Positions 1-11,788 of a stretch of DNA of 51,516 bases are shown here, piece after piece. The stretch comes from an uncultured Candidatus Saccharibacteria bacterium (GTDB lineage Bacteria; Patescibacteriota; Minisyncoccia; UBA6257; JAKLIH01): contig CAYYXO010000001.1 of the NCBI GenBank assembly GCA_964475745.1, positions 1-51,516 on the forward strand. The letters are read 5' to 3'. The notes below the pieces were generated by a model that was not told where the DNA came from, ran no database searches, and saw only the letters and a list, made by a program, of their open reading frames with translations. A program made the translations under genes and the position numbers. How positions within the stretch are numbered: position 1 is the first letter of the stretch; every line of letters begins with the position of its first letter.

Positions 1-1594
1 GACATTTAATATAAAAATTATCAATATAGGGTTTATGTAAATCAACCTCATTTGTTATGGTGTTTTGAGGAAGCTCTGTTTCGTTTTGACCTTTACCTAA
101 AAATTTCAACTCCTCTATTGAACCAATAACATGCTTTTTATCACACTTTTCACAAATTCAAACTGGCAAAGGTGTTCCCCAATAACGCTTTCTTGATAAA
201 GCCCAGTCTTTTAGCTCTTTAATTCATTCTCCAAAGCGACCATGCTTGATATATTTTGGTTCTCAATTTATCAATTCATTGTTTTCCCACAATTTTTCTT
301 TTAATTGAGTCATCCTGATAAATCAACTATCATCTGCTTTATAAATTAATGGTGTTTGACATCTTCAGCAAAACGGATATTCATGTAGAGCACCAATCAA
401 GTCTCCATAAAGCAACAACCCTCTTTCTTTTAAATTTTCAAAAATTATTGGGTCTGCTTTTTTAAAAAATAATCCTCTTGCTTGTTCTAAAATATTTTCT
501 TTAGGCATTATTTTTCCATCATCTGATACATTTAAAATAACTGCTAAATTTTCCTTCATGCCAACCTCCATGTCGTCAGCTCCAAATGCAGGAGCTAGAT
601 GCACTACTCCAGTGCCGTCTGAACTAGAAACAAATGGGGCTTCAACAATTTCATAAACTTTTTTATTTGAAGCTATTGCTTCTTTATCCTCAAACAATGC
701 TTCATACTTCATGCCAATTAAATCATGAGGACTTACTTCTTTTATCTTTCTTACCTTAGCTTCTTTTAGAAAATCTACTTCAGTTAAATCTAAATGACAA
801 ATAATATTTTCTCCTTCTACCTCAAATAGAAAATATGATATTTTTGTGTTTACTGCTAAAGCAACATTCGCCATTAAAGTTCATGGCGTGGTTGTCCATA
901 CTAAAATTTTAGCGTCTTTTATCGCTAACTTTTCTGCTGAATCTTTTAAGTTAAATTTTATATAGACTGAGGGGTCTTTTACTGTTTTATAGCCTTGAGA
1001 AACTTCATGGCTTGATAAGGCTGTGCCACATCTTGGACAAAAAGGAATTACTTTGTAACCCTTATAAAGCAAATTCTTTTCAAAAACTTGTTTTAAAATT
1101 CATCAGACTGATTCAATGTATTCATTGCTATAAGTTACATAAGGTTTTTCCATGTCCAGCCAATAACCAATTCTTTCAGTTGTTTTTTCTCAGTCCTTTG
1201 TGTATTTTCAAACTGATTCTTTACATTTTTGATTAAATTTATCTACGCCATAGCTTTCAATGTCTGCCTTATTTTTAAAACCCAACTCCTTTTCAATTGA
1301 AAGCTCCACTGGCAAGCCATGAGTATCTCAGCCAGCTTTTCTTTCAACATAAAAATTTCTCATTGTTTTGTAACGACAAAATACATCCTTATATACCCTT
1401 GCTAAAACATGATGCACTCCTGGCTTGTTATTGGCTGTTGGTGGTCCTTCATAAAAATTAAACTCTGCCGATCCTTTTCGTTCCGCCAATGTTTTTAAAA
1501 ATATTTGCTGTTTTTTTCAAAAATCCAAAATTGCTTCTTCCTTTTGAACAAACTCCAACTTTGGCTTTTGCTCCTGATTATTTTCTTTTTCCAT
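1..1594 (-). CDS. ileS: Isoleucyl-tRNA synthetase, N-terminal ~530 aa; the 3' end runs off the window start
   Basis: Fragments 365-874, 881-1072 and upstream pieces join in one frame through TGA only. Start ATG at 1592-1594 ([16 protein letters not shown][W]KK). Motifs: [17 protein letters not shown] (HIGH), AG[W][11 protein letters not shown][W][W]ILKQ, VWTTTP[W]TL, YPFC[W]RC, D[W][14 protein letters not shown][W]. Confidence 0.95.
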
Positions 1595-1615
1595 GTTTAA
1601 AAATTTTTAATGATA

Positions 1616-2953
1616 TTATTTTTTGCTCTCCAAATGTCTTTTTGCTATTTCATAGTCACCCAGATAAGCTTGCTTTTTAACCCCCTTAAGACCATCTTTT
1701 ACCATAATAATTTTTTCAGCTCCCTTGCCTGTTAAAATAACCACCTCATCGTCATTATTAACTAAATCAATGGCTTTTTTAATGGCTGTTTCTCTATCAA
1801 GAATAATCCTGGCTTTATTTTTGTCTGTTATGCCATTATAAATACTGTTAACTATTTTTTGAGGATCTTCATCATAAGGGTCTTCATTCGTAATAATAAC
1901 GTAATCGCTCATTTCTGTGGCAATTTTGCCCATTTCAGGTCTTTTTCATTTATCACGACCACTGCCACCACAAGAACCAATTACACTAATTATTTTTTTA
2001 AAACCCATATCTTTTAATGTTTGCAAAACTGCTTTTAAAGAATCTGGCGTATGTGCATAATCAACTACCACATTTATGTTTGATTTTGTTTTTACAAATT
2101 CCATCCTTCCTTTTGCCCCTTGATATTCATTTAATATTTTAGCGACTTCTTTCATATCTAATTTTAAAGCTTTCAAAATCGCTAGAGCAATTAAAACATT
2201 ATAAACATTAAAAAGCCCATAAAGAGCTAAATCAAAATTTACTCCTTCAAAAGAAAAATGTATGCCGCTTTCGTCTATAGCTAGATTTTCTGGCTTAATC
2301 AATTTTAAATCAAGCACGCCTACTTTTGAGCTAGGCTTGTCTTGCTTGGCTGAAACAACATATTTTTTATCAGCATCAAATCTAACAAAATAGTTTTCAT
2401 GTAAGTCATCAAAATTAACTACTGAAACTTTTTCAACTTTTTTGTTATCAATATATTTGGTTTTATGCTTAGTTAGCAAACTAAATAATCTGCCTTTGGC
2501 ATTTTTGTAATTATCAAAACCTCCGTGTATTTCAATATGTTCTTTTTGTAAGTTAGTAATAGCTGCTATGTCAAAATTAAAACAATCCGCCCTAAACTGC
2601 TCAAGCCCTCAAGAGGTTACTTCAACAATACCAACCTTTGCTCCACTTTTTGCTGCCTTTCTAAAAAATAATGGTAAGCTTCATCTCCCAGGCATGGTCA
2701 TCTTTTGATCATTTGGTTTTGCTTTGCCATTTTCTCAAACCTCCATCGTAGAATAGCTGGCAAATTTAATATTTAATTTGCTTAAAACATTTGATAGCAT
2801 ATTTACTACCGTGCTCTTTCCTTTAGTGCCAGTAACTCCAATAATAATCATTTTTTCTTGACAACCTTTTAACATAGCTACACCCACCAAAGATCAAAAA
2901 AAATGTCATAATTTTTTTACCATATTTAATGGCTTTTTTATCAAGTCTTTCAT
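1616..2953 (-). CDS. Mur ligase family protein, MurE-like (UDP-N-acetylmuramoyl-tripeptide synthetase type)
   Basis: Fragments 1616-1933 and 1946-2479 plus upstream sequence are in one frame (1338 nt). P-loop GVTGTKGKST, C-terminal GSCGGSGRDK[TGA]KRPEMG..VIITNEDPYDEDP typical of MurE/MurF-type ligases. Start at 2953 is the longest option; 2923 and 2875 are alternatives. Confidence 0.8.
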
Positions 2954-3034
2954 AAAATTTTTTTACTCTTTATTTTTAGTACATATTATAGTATACTATA
3001 TAATATCAAATAATCATTATGAAATCAAGCAAAA

Positions 3035-5026
3035 ATGACATTTTTTAAACTAAAATCAAGCTTTAAGCCAACTGGTGACCAGCCCAAAGCCATCAAAAAG
3101 CTGGTTGAAGGTTTAAATAATCAAATCCCCTGCCAAACACTATTAGGCATTACTGGCTCTGGAAAAACTTTTACTTTAGCCAATGTAATCAAAAAAACCC
3201 AAAAACCAGTACTAATTTTATCTCCTAACAAAACTTTAGCAGCCCAACTATTTGAAGAATTTAAAAACTTTTTCCCAGAAAACCAAGTAAACTTTTTTAT
3301 TAGTTTTTACGATTACTACCAGCCAGAAGCCTACCTTCCTTCAACAGACACCTATATCAGCAAGGATGCCAAAATAAACAAATATATTGAAGAGTTAAGA
3401 CACTCCACTGTTACCAGTCTTTTAACAAGCAATGATGTCATTACTATTGCCTCTGTTTCTGCTATTTACGATTTAGGTAATCCAGCAACTTTTAATAAGG
3501 CATCTTTTACTGTAAAACTAAACGATAGCTTTACTCGCAAAGAATTAAGTAAAAGATTGGTTTTGCTTTACTATTCTCAGAAAAGTTTAAATTTTTCTGA
3601 ATCCAGTTTTTTTAGATTTAGAGAAAACATCATTGAAGTGTTTCTTCCTAATGGCTTAGAAACAATCGAACTCCACTTAGAAAAAAACAAAATCAAACAA
3701 ATCATCAAAAAAGTAAACCCTGTTCAAAGCCAAAGCAAAGATTTTCTATCCATCAAAAAAAATTTATCCTTTACAAAAGAAACTCTCAGCTCTTTTACTT
3801 TTTTTCCTACCAAGCTTTTTGCCACTGATCAAGACAAGTTAAAGCTAGCTATTTTAAATATAAAAAAAGAATTAAAAGATCATTTAAAAACTCTTAAAAA
3901 AGAAGAAAAACATACTGAATATTTTAGATTAAAAAATCGCGTCAATCATGACTTAGAAATGCTTCAGTCTACTGGCTATTGCGAAGGTATTGAAAACTAT
4001 TCAAGACATCTTTCTTTTAAAAATCCAGGTGATCCGCCTTTTACTCTTATTGACTATTTTAAACATTGCTACCAAGATAATTTTTTACTCTTTATTGATG
4101 AAAGTCATATTGCTATTCCTCAAATCCAAGGCATGTATAATGGCAACTTTATCAGAAAAAGCACCTTAGTAAATTATGGCTTTCGCTTGCCTTCAGCTAT
4201 TGATAACCGACCTTTAAAGTTTTCAGAATTTGAAAAAATCATCCCTCAAACAATTTTTGTCTCAGCCACGCCTAAAGATTATGAAATTCAAAAATCAAAT
4301 AAAAATATTGTTGAACAGCTCATTAGGCCAACAGGTATTTTAGATCCAAAAATAATTATCAGACCATGCCAAAACCAAATTCCTGATTTAATTGATGAAA
4401 CACAAAAACAAGTAAAAAACAAAGAAAAAACTTTAGTTTTAACTTTAACCAAAGCTTCAGCAGAAGATTTAACAGCTTTTCTTAATCAAAAAAACATTAA
4501 AGTAAAATATCTTCATTCTGATATAAAGCCGCTTGAAAGACCTGAGATTATAAACGACCTTCGTTCAGGAAGAATTGATGTTTTAGTTGGCATTAATTTA
4601 TTGCGCGAAGGATTAGATCTACCAGAGGTTTCTCTTATTGCTATACTTGATGCTGATAAAGAAGGTTTTTTAAGAAACAGAATATCTTTATTACAATCAA
4701 TTGGGCGTGTTGCCAGAAATACTGAAGGCAGAGCTATTCTTTATGCTGATACTGTTACTAAATCAATCAAAGAAACCATTTCGGAAACAAACAGACGCCG
4801 CAAACATCAAATCGCCTATAACAAAAAACACCACATTAACGCTAAAACCATTAAAAAAGATATTCTTTCTTCTTTTAAAAAAGATTCAAAACTTGAACCA
4901 ACAATCAAACATGGCAAAGAAATGATGATTTATCTAGAAAAAGAATTAAAAAAAGCCATTGAAAATTGAGATTTTGAAAAAGCCGCCGAGTTACGCGACA
5001 AAATTAATAACCTAAACTCAAAATAA
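3035..5026 (+). CDS. uvrB: Excinuclease ABC subunit B
   Basis: 644-aa ORF with GITGSGKTF Walker A, helicase motifs and beta-hairpin YYQPEAY. It continues through TGA at 4967-4969 into the UVR-domain tail DFEKAAELRDKINNLNSK and ends at TAA 5024-5026. Confidence 0.95.
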
Positions 5027-5028
5027 AA

Positions 5029-5054
5029 ATCCCAGAAATATCTGGGATTTTTTT
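5029..5054. terminator. Bidirectional intrinsic terminator between convergent uvrB and proS
   Basis: Hairpin atcccaga-aata-tctgggat flanked by an A-run and a T-run. It overlaps the proS stop codon. Confidence 0.75.
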
Positions 5055-6504
5055 AATAGCTTTTTCCAAACAATCATTTTTGGTTAGAATCTTTATTGCA
5101 ATAAATACATTTGCATTGTTCTTTGGTGTTTATTCTGTCCAATTCTAAACATCTTACTGTAGCTGAAGTTTCTTCTTTAATTTTATTTTCACATTCAGCA
5201 TTTTCACATCAACCAGACCTAACAACATTTCCCTCTTCAATGTATTTTTTAAATTCTTCATAAATTTCCGTTTCTTTTGTTTTGCTATTTCTCATTTGTA
5301 AGTTTCTACTAAGCAATCTGTTTTGAACTTCGTTTAATATTTCCTGGATTTTTTCTTCAAAACCATCGCTTGATATATCTTGTTTTGAAAAATCATCTCG
5401 AGCTACTACTTTGATTATTTTGCTTTCCAGCTCTTTGCTTCCAATCTCAATCCTCAAAGGAACACCTTTTAGCTCTCATTCGTTTATTTTATAACCCAAG
5501 CTATGAGTGTTGTCTTTATCAATTACAACTTTAATTCCTTTTTCCTGCAATTTGGCTTCGATAATTTTAGAAAAATTCAAAACCTCTTGATCAGTGTCCG
5601 TTTTTTTAGTAATCGGCAATATCACTACTTGAATTGGTGCAATATTTGGAGGCATAATCAACCCCAAATCATCGCCATGTGCCAAAACCAATGCCCCAAT
5701 AGATCTAGTGGTTAAGCCAAAAGAACTTTGATGAACAAAGGTCTGTTTACCATTTTCATCCAAAAACTTTACATCAAAAGCTTTGGCAAAATGATCTGAC
5801 AAGTCATGCGATGTGCAAGCTTGCAATGCTTTACCATTTGGACAAACAACTTCCACGGTATAAGTGTTCTTAGCACCAGCAAATTTTTCTGATTGACTTT
5901 TTACACCAACATAAGATGCTATCGCCATATATTCTTCATAAAAAGTTTTATATCAGTCAAGCGCCCTGAAAACCATTTCCAAATTTTCTTGTTCATTAGA
6001 AAATGCCGTGTGGCCTTCTTGTCACAAAAACTCTCTTGTTCTCAAAAAAGGAAAGGTTCGTTTTTCAGCTCTAAAAATATTACATCATTGATTGATTTTA
6101 ATAGGCAAATCTCTGTGTCCTTGTATTCAATCGGCAAAAGTTCTATACATAATGGTTTCTGATGTTGGCCTTAACACCAATGGATCTGTCAACTCTTCAT
6201 CACCTATTTTGTCTATTGTAAAAAGCTCTGGAGCAAACCCCTCCACATGTTCTTTTTCTTTTTGTATAAAACTCATTGGAATCAACATTGGAAAATAACA
6301 ATTTTCAAAACCATCTGCCTTGAACATTGTATTTAATATTTTTTGAGTATTTTCTCAAATAGCATAACCATAAGGTCGTATCACTATGCTTCCCTTCACA
6401 TCAGAATAGCTGCAAAGCTTGGCTCTTAAGACAACATCATTATATCAATCTGCTATGTTTTCTGATTTTTTGGTTAAATCTCTTTTTTCAAAACTTTTCT
6501 CCAT
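5053..6504 (-). CDS. proS: Prolyl-tRNA synthetase, archaeal/eukaryote-like type (483 aa)
   Basis: Fragments 5209-5457, 5476-5928 and 6127-6327 are in one frame. [13 protein letters not shown][W][13 protein letters not shown][W][12 protein letters not shown][W]QEGHTAF. The Cys-rich C-terminal domain ends in ..FGKSY, the terminal Tyr typical of this ProRS type. Confidence 0.93.
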
Positions 6505-6572
6505 AATATTTAAGTTATATTTTTTATATTGTTATTATATCAAATTTAAATAATATTGTCTATTGCCTAAAT

Positions 6573-6600
6573 TAAAAAGAGCGACAACTATTGTCGCTCT
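6573..6600 (-). terminator. Intrinsic terminator of the orphan gene 6623-7027
   Basis: Hairpin agagcgacaa-cta-ttgtcgctct, followed on the minus strand by a U-run. Confidence 0.7.
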
Positions 6601-6622
6601 TAAACTTAGATTTCTTTGCTAT

Positions 6623-7027
6623 TTAAAATAATTCTTGAAGCATCTCCTTTATCATGCCTATTTCAGAAAATCCTTCCCACACAAAAAGACTGGGCTGGCC
6701 TTGTTCTAACACATAACAAGAGGCCAAGCTTTCCTTTTCTTTTATCTTGTCTGGAAAGGAATCCAAATTAAAGCTTTTAAGGAGTTGCTTTATCCACTCC
6801 ACCTCAAGATCGCCGCCGCCTCTGGCCTTATGAACATACAAATAAGATAAAAGCAGCTTTTGCTCTACGCCCAAGGGAATTTTTAAAAGCGGCTTTCCCT
6901 TTTTTAAAATTTCCTCCTCCGGCTTTTGCAAAATTTGTGTGAGAATTATTTCTGCATCTGCTGGCTTTATCTCTTTTCCTATTTGCTCCGCACAAAAAGT
7001 CGCCACAATCTTTTCAAAACCTTTCAT
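6623..7027 (-). CDS. Hypothetical protein (134 aa), orphan monocistronic cassette
   Basis: Uninterrupted ORF ending in TAA. Strong SD AAGAGGT 6 nt upstream of the ATG, own promoter and terminator. No family recognised. Both Trp codons are TGG. It looks locally more GC-rich than its surroundings. Confidence 0.6.
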   Translation of the reverse strand: MKGFEKIVATFCAEQIGKEIKPADAEIILTQILQKPEEEILKKGKPLLKIPLGVEQKLLLSYLYVHKARGGGDLEVEWIKQLLKSFNLDSFPDKIKEKESLASCYVLEQGQPSLFVWEGFSEIGMIKEMLQELF

Positions 7028-7071
7028 TCTTTTACCTCTTTTAGATATTGATTTTTGAAAATACCATCGTT

Positions 7072-7100
7072 ACCCTATCACATTAATCTAGCGCTGTCAA
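7072..7100 (-). promoter_or_regulatory. Sigma70-type promoter for the orphan gene 6623-7027
   Basis: Minus strand: TTGACA (7095-7100), 17-nt spacer, TAGGGT (7072-7077). It lies between the tlyA stop and the orphan gene. Confidence 0.45.
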
Positions 7101-7104
7101 GATA

Positions 7105-7827
7105 TTAGCTTTTTCTAGCATACAATAAATATTCTTTATTGCCTCCCTTTTTGCCTAATAAGGGAGATTCGACAAAGTCTAAAATATCATAGCCCTGCTC
7201 TTTTATTAACTGCTTTATAGCTACTAACTTTTCAAAAATTAAATTTTCATCTTCTACTTTTCCTTGTTTGTTTTTATTACCTTGAATTTCAAACTGAGGC
7301 TTGATCAAAAACACCACTAGACCGCTTTCCTTTAAAAATTTTTTAAAACTTGTTAATATTTTTTCAATAGAAATAAAAGAAACATCAACCACTATCAAAT
7401 CCACCAGCTCTTCTAACTCTTTTAAATCTCGGATATCAACATTTTCAAAACTTACTACTTTTTCATTTTGTTTTAATCTTTCTGACAATTGATTATCACC
7501 CACATCAACACTATAGACTTTGCTTGCTCCATTTTGCAACAAACAATCTGTAAATCCTCCTGTGGAAGCACCCACATCTAAGCAAACAAAATCTTTTACT
7601 TTGATTTTAAAAAAATTTAAAGCATATTGAAGCTTCTCGCCACCTCTTGAGACAAACACGCTTGTAAAATCAATTGATATCTCATCTTCAGAGTCCACCA
7701 TTTTATGGTTTTTAACTTCCACTATGCCATTGACCCTAACTCTATTTTCAGAAATCAATCTTTGGGCAGCGCTTCTGCTTTGCACTAGACCTCTTTCCGT
7801 TAATTCAATGTCTAATCTTTCTTTCAT
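7105..7827 (-). CDS. tlyA: TlyA-family rRNA 2'-O-methyltransferase (S4 domain plus FtsJ-like methyltransferase)
   Basis: 240-aa ORF. S4-like N-terminus LVQSRSAAQRLISENRVRVNG and SAM motif LDVGASTGGFTDCLLQNGA. Its ATG overlaps the nth stop (TAATG). Confidence 0.88.
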   Translation of the reverse strand: MKERLDIELTERGLVQSRSAAQRLISENRVRVNGIVEVKNHKMVDSEDEISIDFTSVFVSRGGEKLQYALNFFKIKVKDFVCLDVGASTGGFTDCLLQNGASKVYSVDVGDNQLSERLKQNEKVVSFENVDIRDLKELEELVDLIVVDVSFISIEKILTSFKKFLKESGLVVFLIKPQFEIQGNKNKQGKVEDENLIFEKLVAIKQLIKEQGYDILDFVESPLLGKKGGNKEYLLYARKS

Positions 7828-8450
7828 TATTGTTTATTTTTATTTTTGTTTAACACCCCTGCTAGCGGGCAATTATCATGATCATGCTTTTTAGCTGGGC
7901 AATAATCTCTGCCATATTGCACCATTCTTAATTGGAACTCTCTTCTCTCTTTTTCTGGCACAATTTTTAACATTTCTTTTTCGATTTTTACTGGGTCTTT
8001 TTCATTTACAAAGCCATACAAGTTTAACAATCTAATCATGTGTGTATCAATAGCCAGCCCTTCATTTATATCAAAACCCATAGACAAAACAATATTAGCT
8101 GATTTTCTGGCAATATGTTTTAAGGCTAAAAGCTCTTCCATGGTTTTAGGCACTTTTGAATTAAACTTTTGTTTTATTGTTATGGCATTTTCAACAATGG
8201 CCTTAGCCTTATTCTTATGAAAGTTTACTCCGTAAATATCTTTTTCCATTTCGCTTATTTTCGCCTTACTATAATCGTCAATGTTTCGATATTTTTGAAA
8301 AAGTTTAAAAGTAATTTCATTGACCTTTTTGTCGGTTGTTTGAGCTGACAAAATGGTTGCCACTAGCAACTCTCAATTATTTGAAAACTTCAAAGCAATC
8401 TTTATCTTTGGATAAATCCTCTTGAGTTCTTTGTTTGCCAAGTTAAACAT
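7827..8450 (-). CDS. nth: Endonuclease III (DNA glycosylase/AP lyase)
   Basis: ORF 7827-8369 extends through a TGA to ATG 8448-8450: MFNLANKELKRIYPKIKIALKFSNN[W]ELLVATILSAQTTD. HhH-GPD features are present. The C-terminal Fe-S loop is degenerate (see findings). Confidence 0.88.
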
Positions 8451-8496
8451 TTTTTTATTTAACTTTTGTTTTTCTTTGTCAAGAAATTTTTCTTGT

Positions 8497-10020
8497 TTAA
8501 GATACACCATATTTTTTCTTTATTTTTCTTTCTTCTTCTTTCAGCAAATTTTCGTATTTAGTTTTTGAAGCATCACTCATGTCTTTTAATTTGCTCGTGT
8601 CGAGCAAATTTAGTTCTTTAGCTCTCTTGGTCAAATGTTTTATATTGTTTAGTTTTAAATCATCTATTATTTCTGATAGCAAAATATTTAAAAGATAGCC
8701 TAACTTCGGACCGGGCTTCAAATCAAGCATTTTCATCAATTGGTGACCATCTAATTTTAATGTCTTTAAGCTAAGATTTTTGTTGTCTAGCTCATTTAAA
8801 ACTTTTTCTACTCTAAATAAAAAATGTCTTAATCTAAAAGGCAGTGCCTTAGGGCATCCAGAACCAATGCGATCAGCCTCTCTTAGTTGAGAAAGCTCTA
8901 AAATATTTTCTTTTTTTACTTTAGCTAGCAAATGCCTTATAGAAGCATCTGTGTTTATCAATGGGTCGTAAAAGAATTGATGGTTGTCTACCAATAAAAC
9001 AATTTTATCTAAAATATAATTCGGAAATTTTAATCTTTCTAAAATTTTCCTGGTCATTTTAGCACCCACTACTTCATGGTTGTAAAAAGTAGCTGTTTTT
9101 CCCTTTCCTCTTTTTACTTTTGGCTTGCCAATGTCATGAAGCAAGGCAGCCAGCCTTACTTCCAAACTACAATTTTGCTTTACAGCATAATCAAACGACC
9201 TTAGCAAATGCTCATAAACAGTATAAATATGGTGAAGATTTTGATCCACCCCTACAGCTTCTAAAATTTCTGGGATAACATGGTTCATAAGCTTTGTTTC
9301 GCAAAGCAAAGCTATTGCCTTACTTCCTGCCTCGCTCATAACAATTTTAATAAATTCATCTCTAATTCTTTCTTTTGAAACAAATTTTAAATTTGGTGAT
9401 TTTTCTAAAATAGCAGCAAATGTTTTTTCTTCAATGCAAAAACCCAACACAGCGGCAAACCTTACCGCTCTTAACATTCTTAAGGCGTCTTCTTCAAATC
9501 TTTCCTTAGGACAGCCCACCGCTCTAATTATTTTATTTTTTAAATCCTTTATGCCTTCAAAAATATCTATTATTACTCCTTCACATTTTACTTTGGTTTT
9601 TAGTTCTTTAGTTTTTTTTATGTCAAAAGCCAAGGCATTGATAGTAAAATCACGCCTCATTAAATCTCCTGGCAATTCTTTCAAAAACTTTATTTTTTCT
9701 GGATGTCTTTTGTCTTTGTAATCACTTTCCTGACGATATGTTGTTACCTCAACTATTTTTAAATTATTTACTTTTGATCCAGTCAAAATACCCACTGTGC
9801 CAAAATTATTTTCATAGATACTTTTTTTAAAAATAACTTGTACTTGTTTTGGCTTGGCATTAGTAACTACATCTCAATCATTTATTTCTCTTTCTAACAG
9901 CAAATCTCTCAGACATCCGCCGACAATATAAGCGTCGAACTCAGCCTCTTTGAGCTTTGAAATAATTCGAAAAACTTCTTTTGGCAAGCCAACAACAATA
10001 TTATCAGTTTTATTTTTCAT
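8497..10020 (-). CDS. cca: tRNA nucleotidyltransferase (CCA-adding / poly(A) polymerase family) with HD domain
   Basis: ORF 8497-9795 extends in frame to ATG 10018-10020: ..YIVGGCLRDLLLEREIND[W]DVVT... RRDFTINALAF, EDALRMLRAVRF, HD motif LLHDIGK. Confidence 0.88.
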
Positions 10021-10074
10021 ATCAAAATTTATGTTTTAAAATATAGCCCAAAACAATATTGGGCTAATTTTACT

Positions 10075-10383
10075 TTATTGTTTTTTATCTTCTTTAATTT
10101 TCATGTCCTTGTTAAACTTATCTAACGCTTTATAATATTTATCTTCTTCTAAAAAATCTCCTGCAAATTCTTCATGCACCACAATATCCTCAGAAACAGC
10201 CTCAGAAACTTCTGTTTCATTACCATCTTCAAAAACAACAGCCCCTGATTCGTCTTCATCTGGATCAGCACTGTCTTTTTGCAACTTTTTTAATTGTTTT
10301 TTAACATCACTTAAGTCATCTCCCGAGGTATCTGATATCAAACCAATATCGTCATTTAGCTCTTCTTTTTTTCTTTTTGACAT
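10075..10383 (-). CDS. Hypothetical highly acidic protein (102 aa)
   Basis: Uninterrupted ORF ending in TAA, directly downstream of ruvC. Asp/Glu-rich, low complexity. A weak hairpin terminator lies at about 10036-10066. Confidence 0.5.
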   Translation of the reverse strand: MSKRKKEELNDDIGLISDTSGDDLSDVKKQLKKLQKDSADPDEDESGAVVFEDGNETEVSEAVSEDIVVHEEFAGDFLEEDKYYKALDKFNKDMKIKEDKKQ

Positions 10384-10401
10384 AATATTTTTTTAAATTT
10401 A

Positions 10402-10890
10402 TTAATTTTTAAGTTTAAGCCCTTTTTCTAAATAACAAATACTTGCTACACATATAGCTAAAGCATCTGCAGCATCATCTGGTTTTGGCACCACTTCCAA
10501 GTCAAAATATTTTTTAACTAATTGCTGAATCTGTTTCTTTTCTGCCCTGCCATAGCCAGCCAAGTATTGTTTTATCTGCAAAGGTGTTAGCTCTAAGATT
10601 TTAATTTTGTTTCTTTTGGAAGCCAATAAAGTAACTCCCCTTGCTTCACTAATCTTCATCACTGTTTTTGCGTTTTTAAAAAAGAAAACCTCCTCAATAG
10701 CAAGCAAATCTGGTTTGTGATTTTTGATAAGACCATTTACCTCTTTAAAAATATTTTCTAATCTTTCTAAGGCATCTAATTCTGTAAAATCTCAACAGCC
10801 AAAATTTATAATTTTTGCTTCTCCTTTTTTGTACTCAATCGTAGCATAGCCAGTTCTTGATGTGCCAGGGTCAATGCCGATAATAATCAT
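10402..10890 (-). CDS. ruvC: Holliday junction resolvase RuvC
   Basis: ORF 10402-10707 extends through a TGA to ATG 10888-10890: MIIIGIDPGTSRTGYA..FGC[W]DF..LAIEEVFF..GYGRAEKKQ..PDDAADALAI. Confidence 0.9.
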
Positions 10891-10891
10891 A

Positions 10892-11617
10892 TTAATTTAT
10901 ATAATTAGCATTTGTAAAGACCTCTTTTACATCTTGGCAATCATCTAGAGCTTCTAGTAATTTATCGATTTTATTTTTGACATTTTCTTCTTTGACATCA
11001 ACTTCTTGATTGCCTTTTCATTCTAGATAGGCGTCTAGTGTTTCAACAAATTTTTCCACTTCTGCTTTTACAATATGCAAATCGCTATTAACGGTTTCTA
11101 TCTCTACTACTTCTTCTCCTATTTTTATATCACTTGCTCCTGCTTCAATCACCTTCATTTCAAAATCTTCTTTTCAGTTTTTTATATCAATAATAATTTT
11201 TCCTATTTCATTAAACATCCATTTCACACTTCCTTCTCCTGCCATTTTGCCATCATATTTTGACAAAGCATGTTTTACTTCTGCTACTGCTCTATTTTTG
11301 TTGTCTGTAATAACCTGTATAACTAAAGCTATGCCGCCTGGGCCATAGCCTTCAAAAAACATTTCATTAATAATATTTCCCTCGTTTAACTCTCCGGTAC
11401 CTCTTTTTATAGCTCTTTCTATGTTTTCTTTAGGCATTCCTGAAGCTTTTGCTCTATCAATCAGCAAACGCAATTTAGGACTAAGACTTACATCCCCCTT
11501 GCATTCACTGCTTGCCAAAGCAATAGCTACAGCATACTTTGAAAAAATTTTCCCTTTTTTAGCATCATTAATGCCTTTTTGATGCTTTATTGACGATCAT
11601 TTATTATGTCCTGACAT
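10892..11617 (-). CDS. yebC: YebC/PmpR family DNA-binding transcriptional regulator
   Basis: N-terminus MSGHNK[W]SSIKHQKG, with TGA at 11597-11599 on the family-invariant Trp. ..RAKASGMPKENIERAIKRGTG..FEGYGPGG.. Ends at TAA 10892-10894, abutting the ruvC start. Confidence 0.9.
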
Positions 11618-11788
11618 ATTTATATTTTAACCATTTTTTAATCTTTTCCTATTGTTAGCGACTTTTCCTGCTTTTCCTTTATTATACAATATTTTTTCTT
11701 GAAAATCAAGACAAAACGATTTATTGTTATTGAATATTATTTTATTTTATGGTACACTTTTAATAGAAAAAATAGCTAAACTTTTAAC

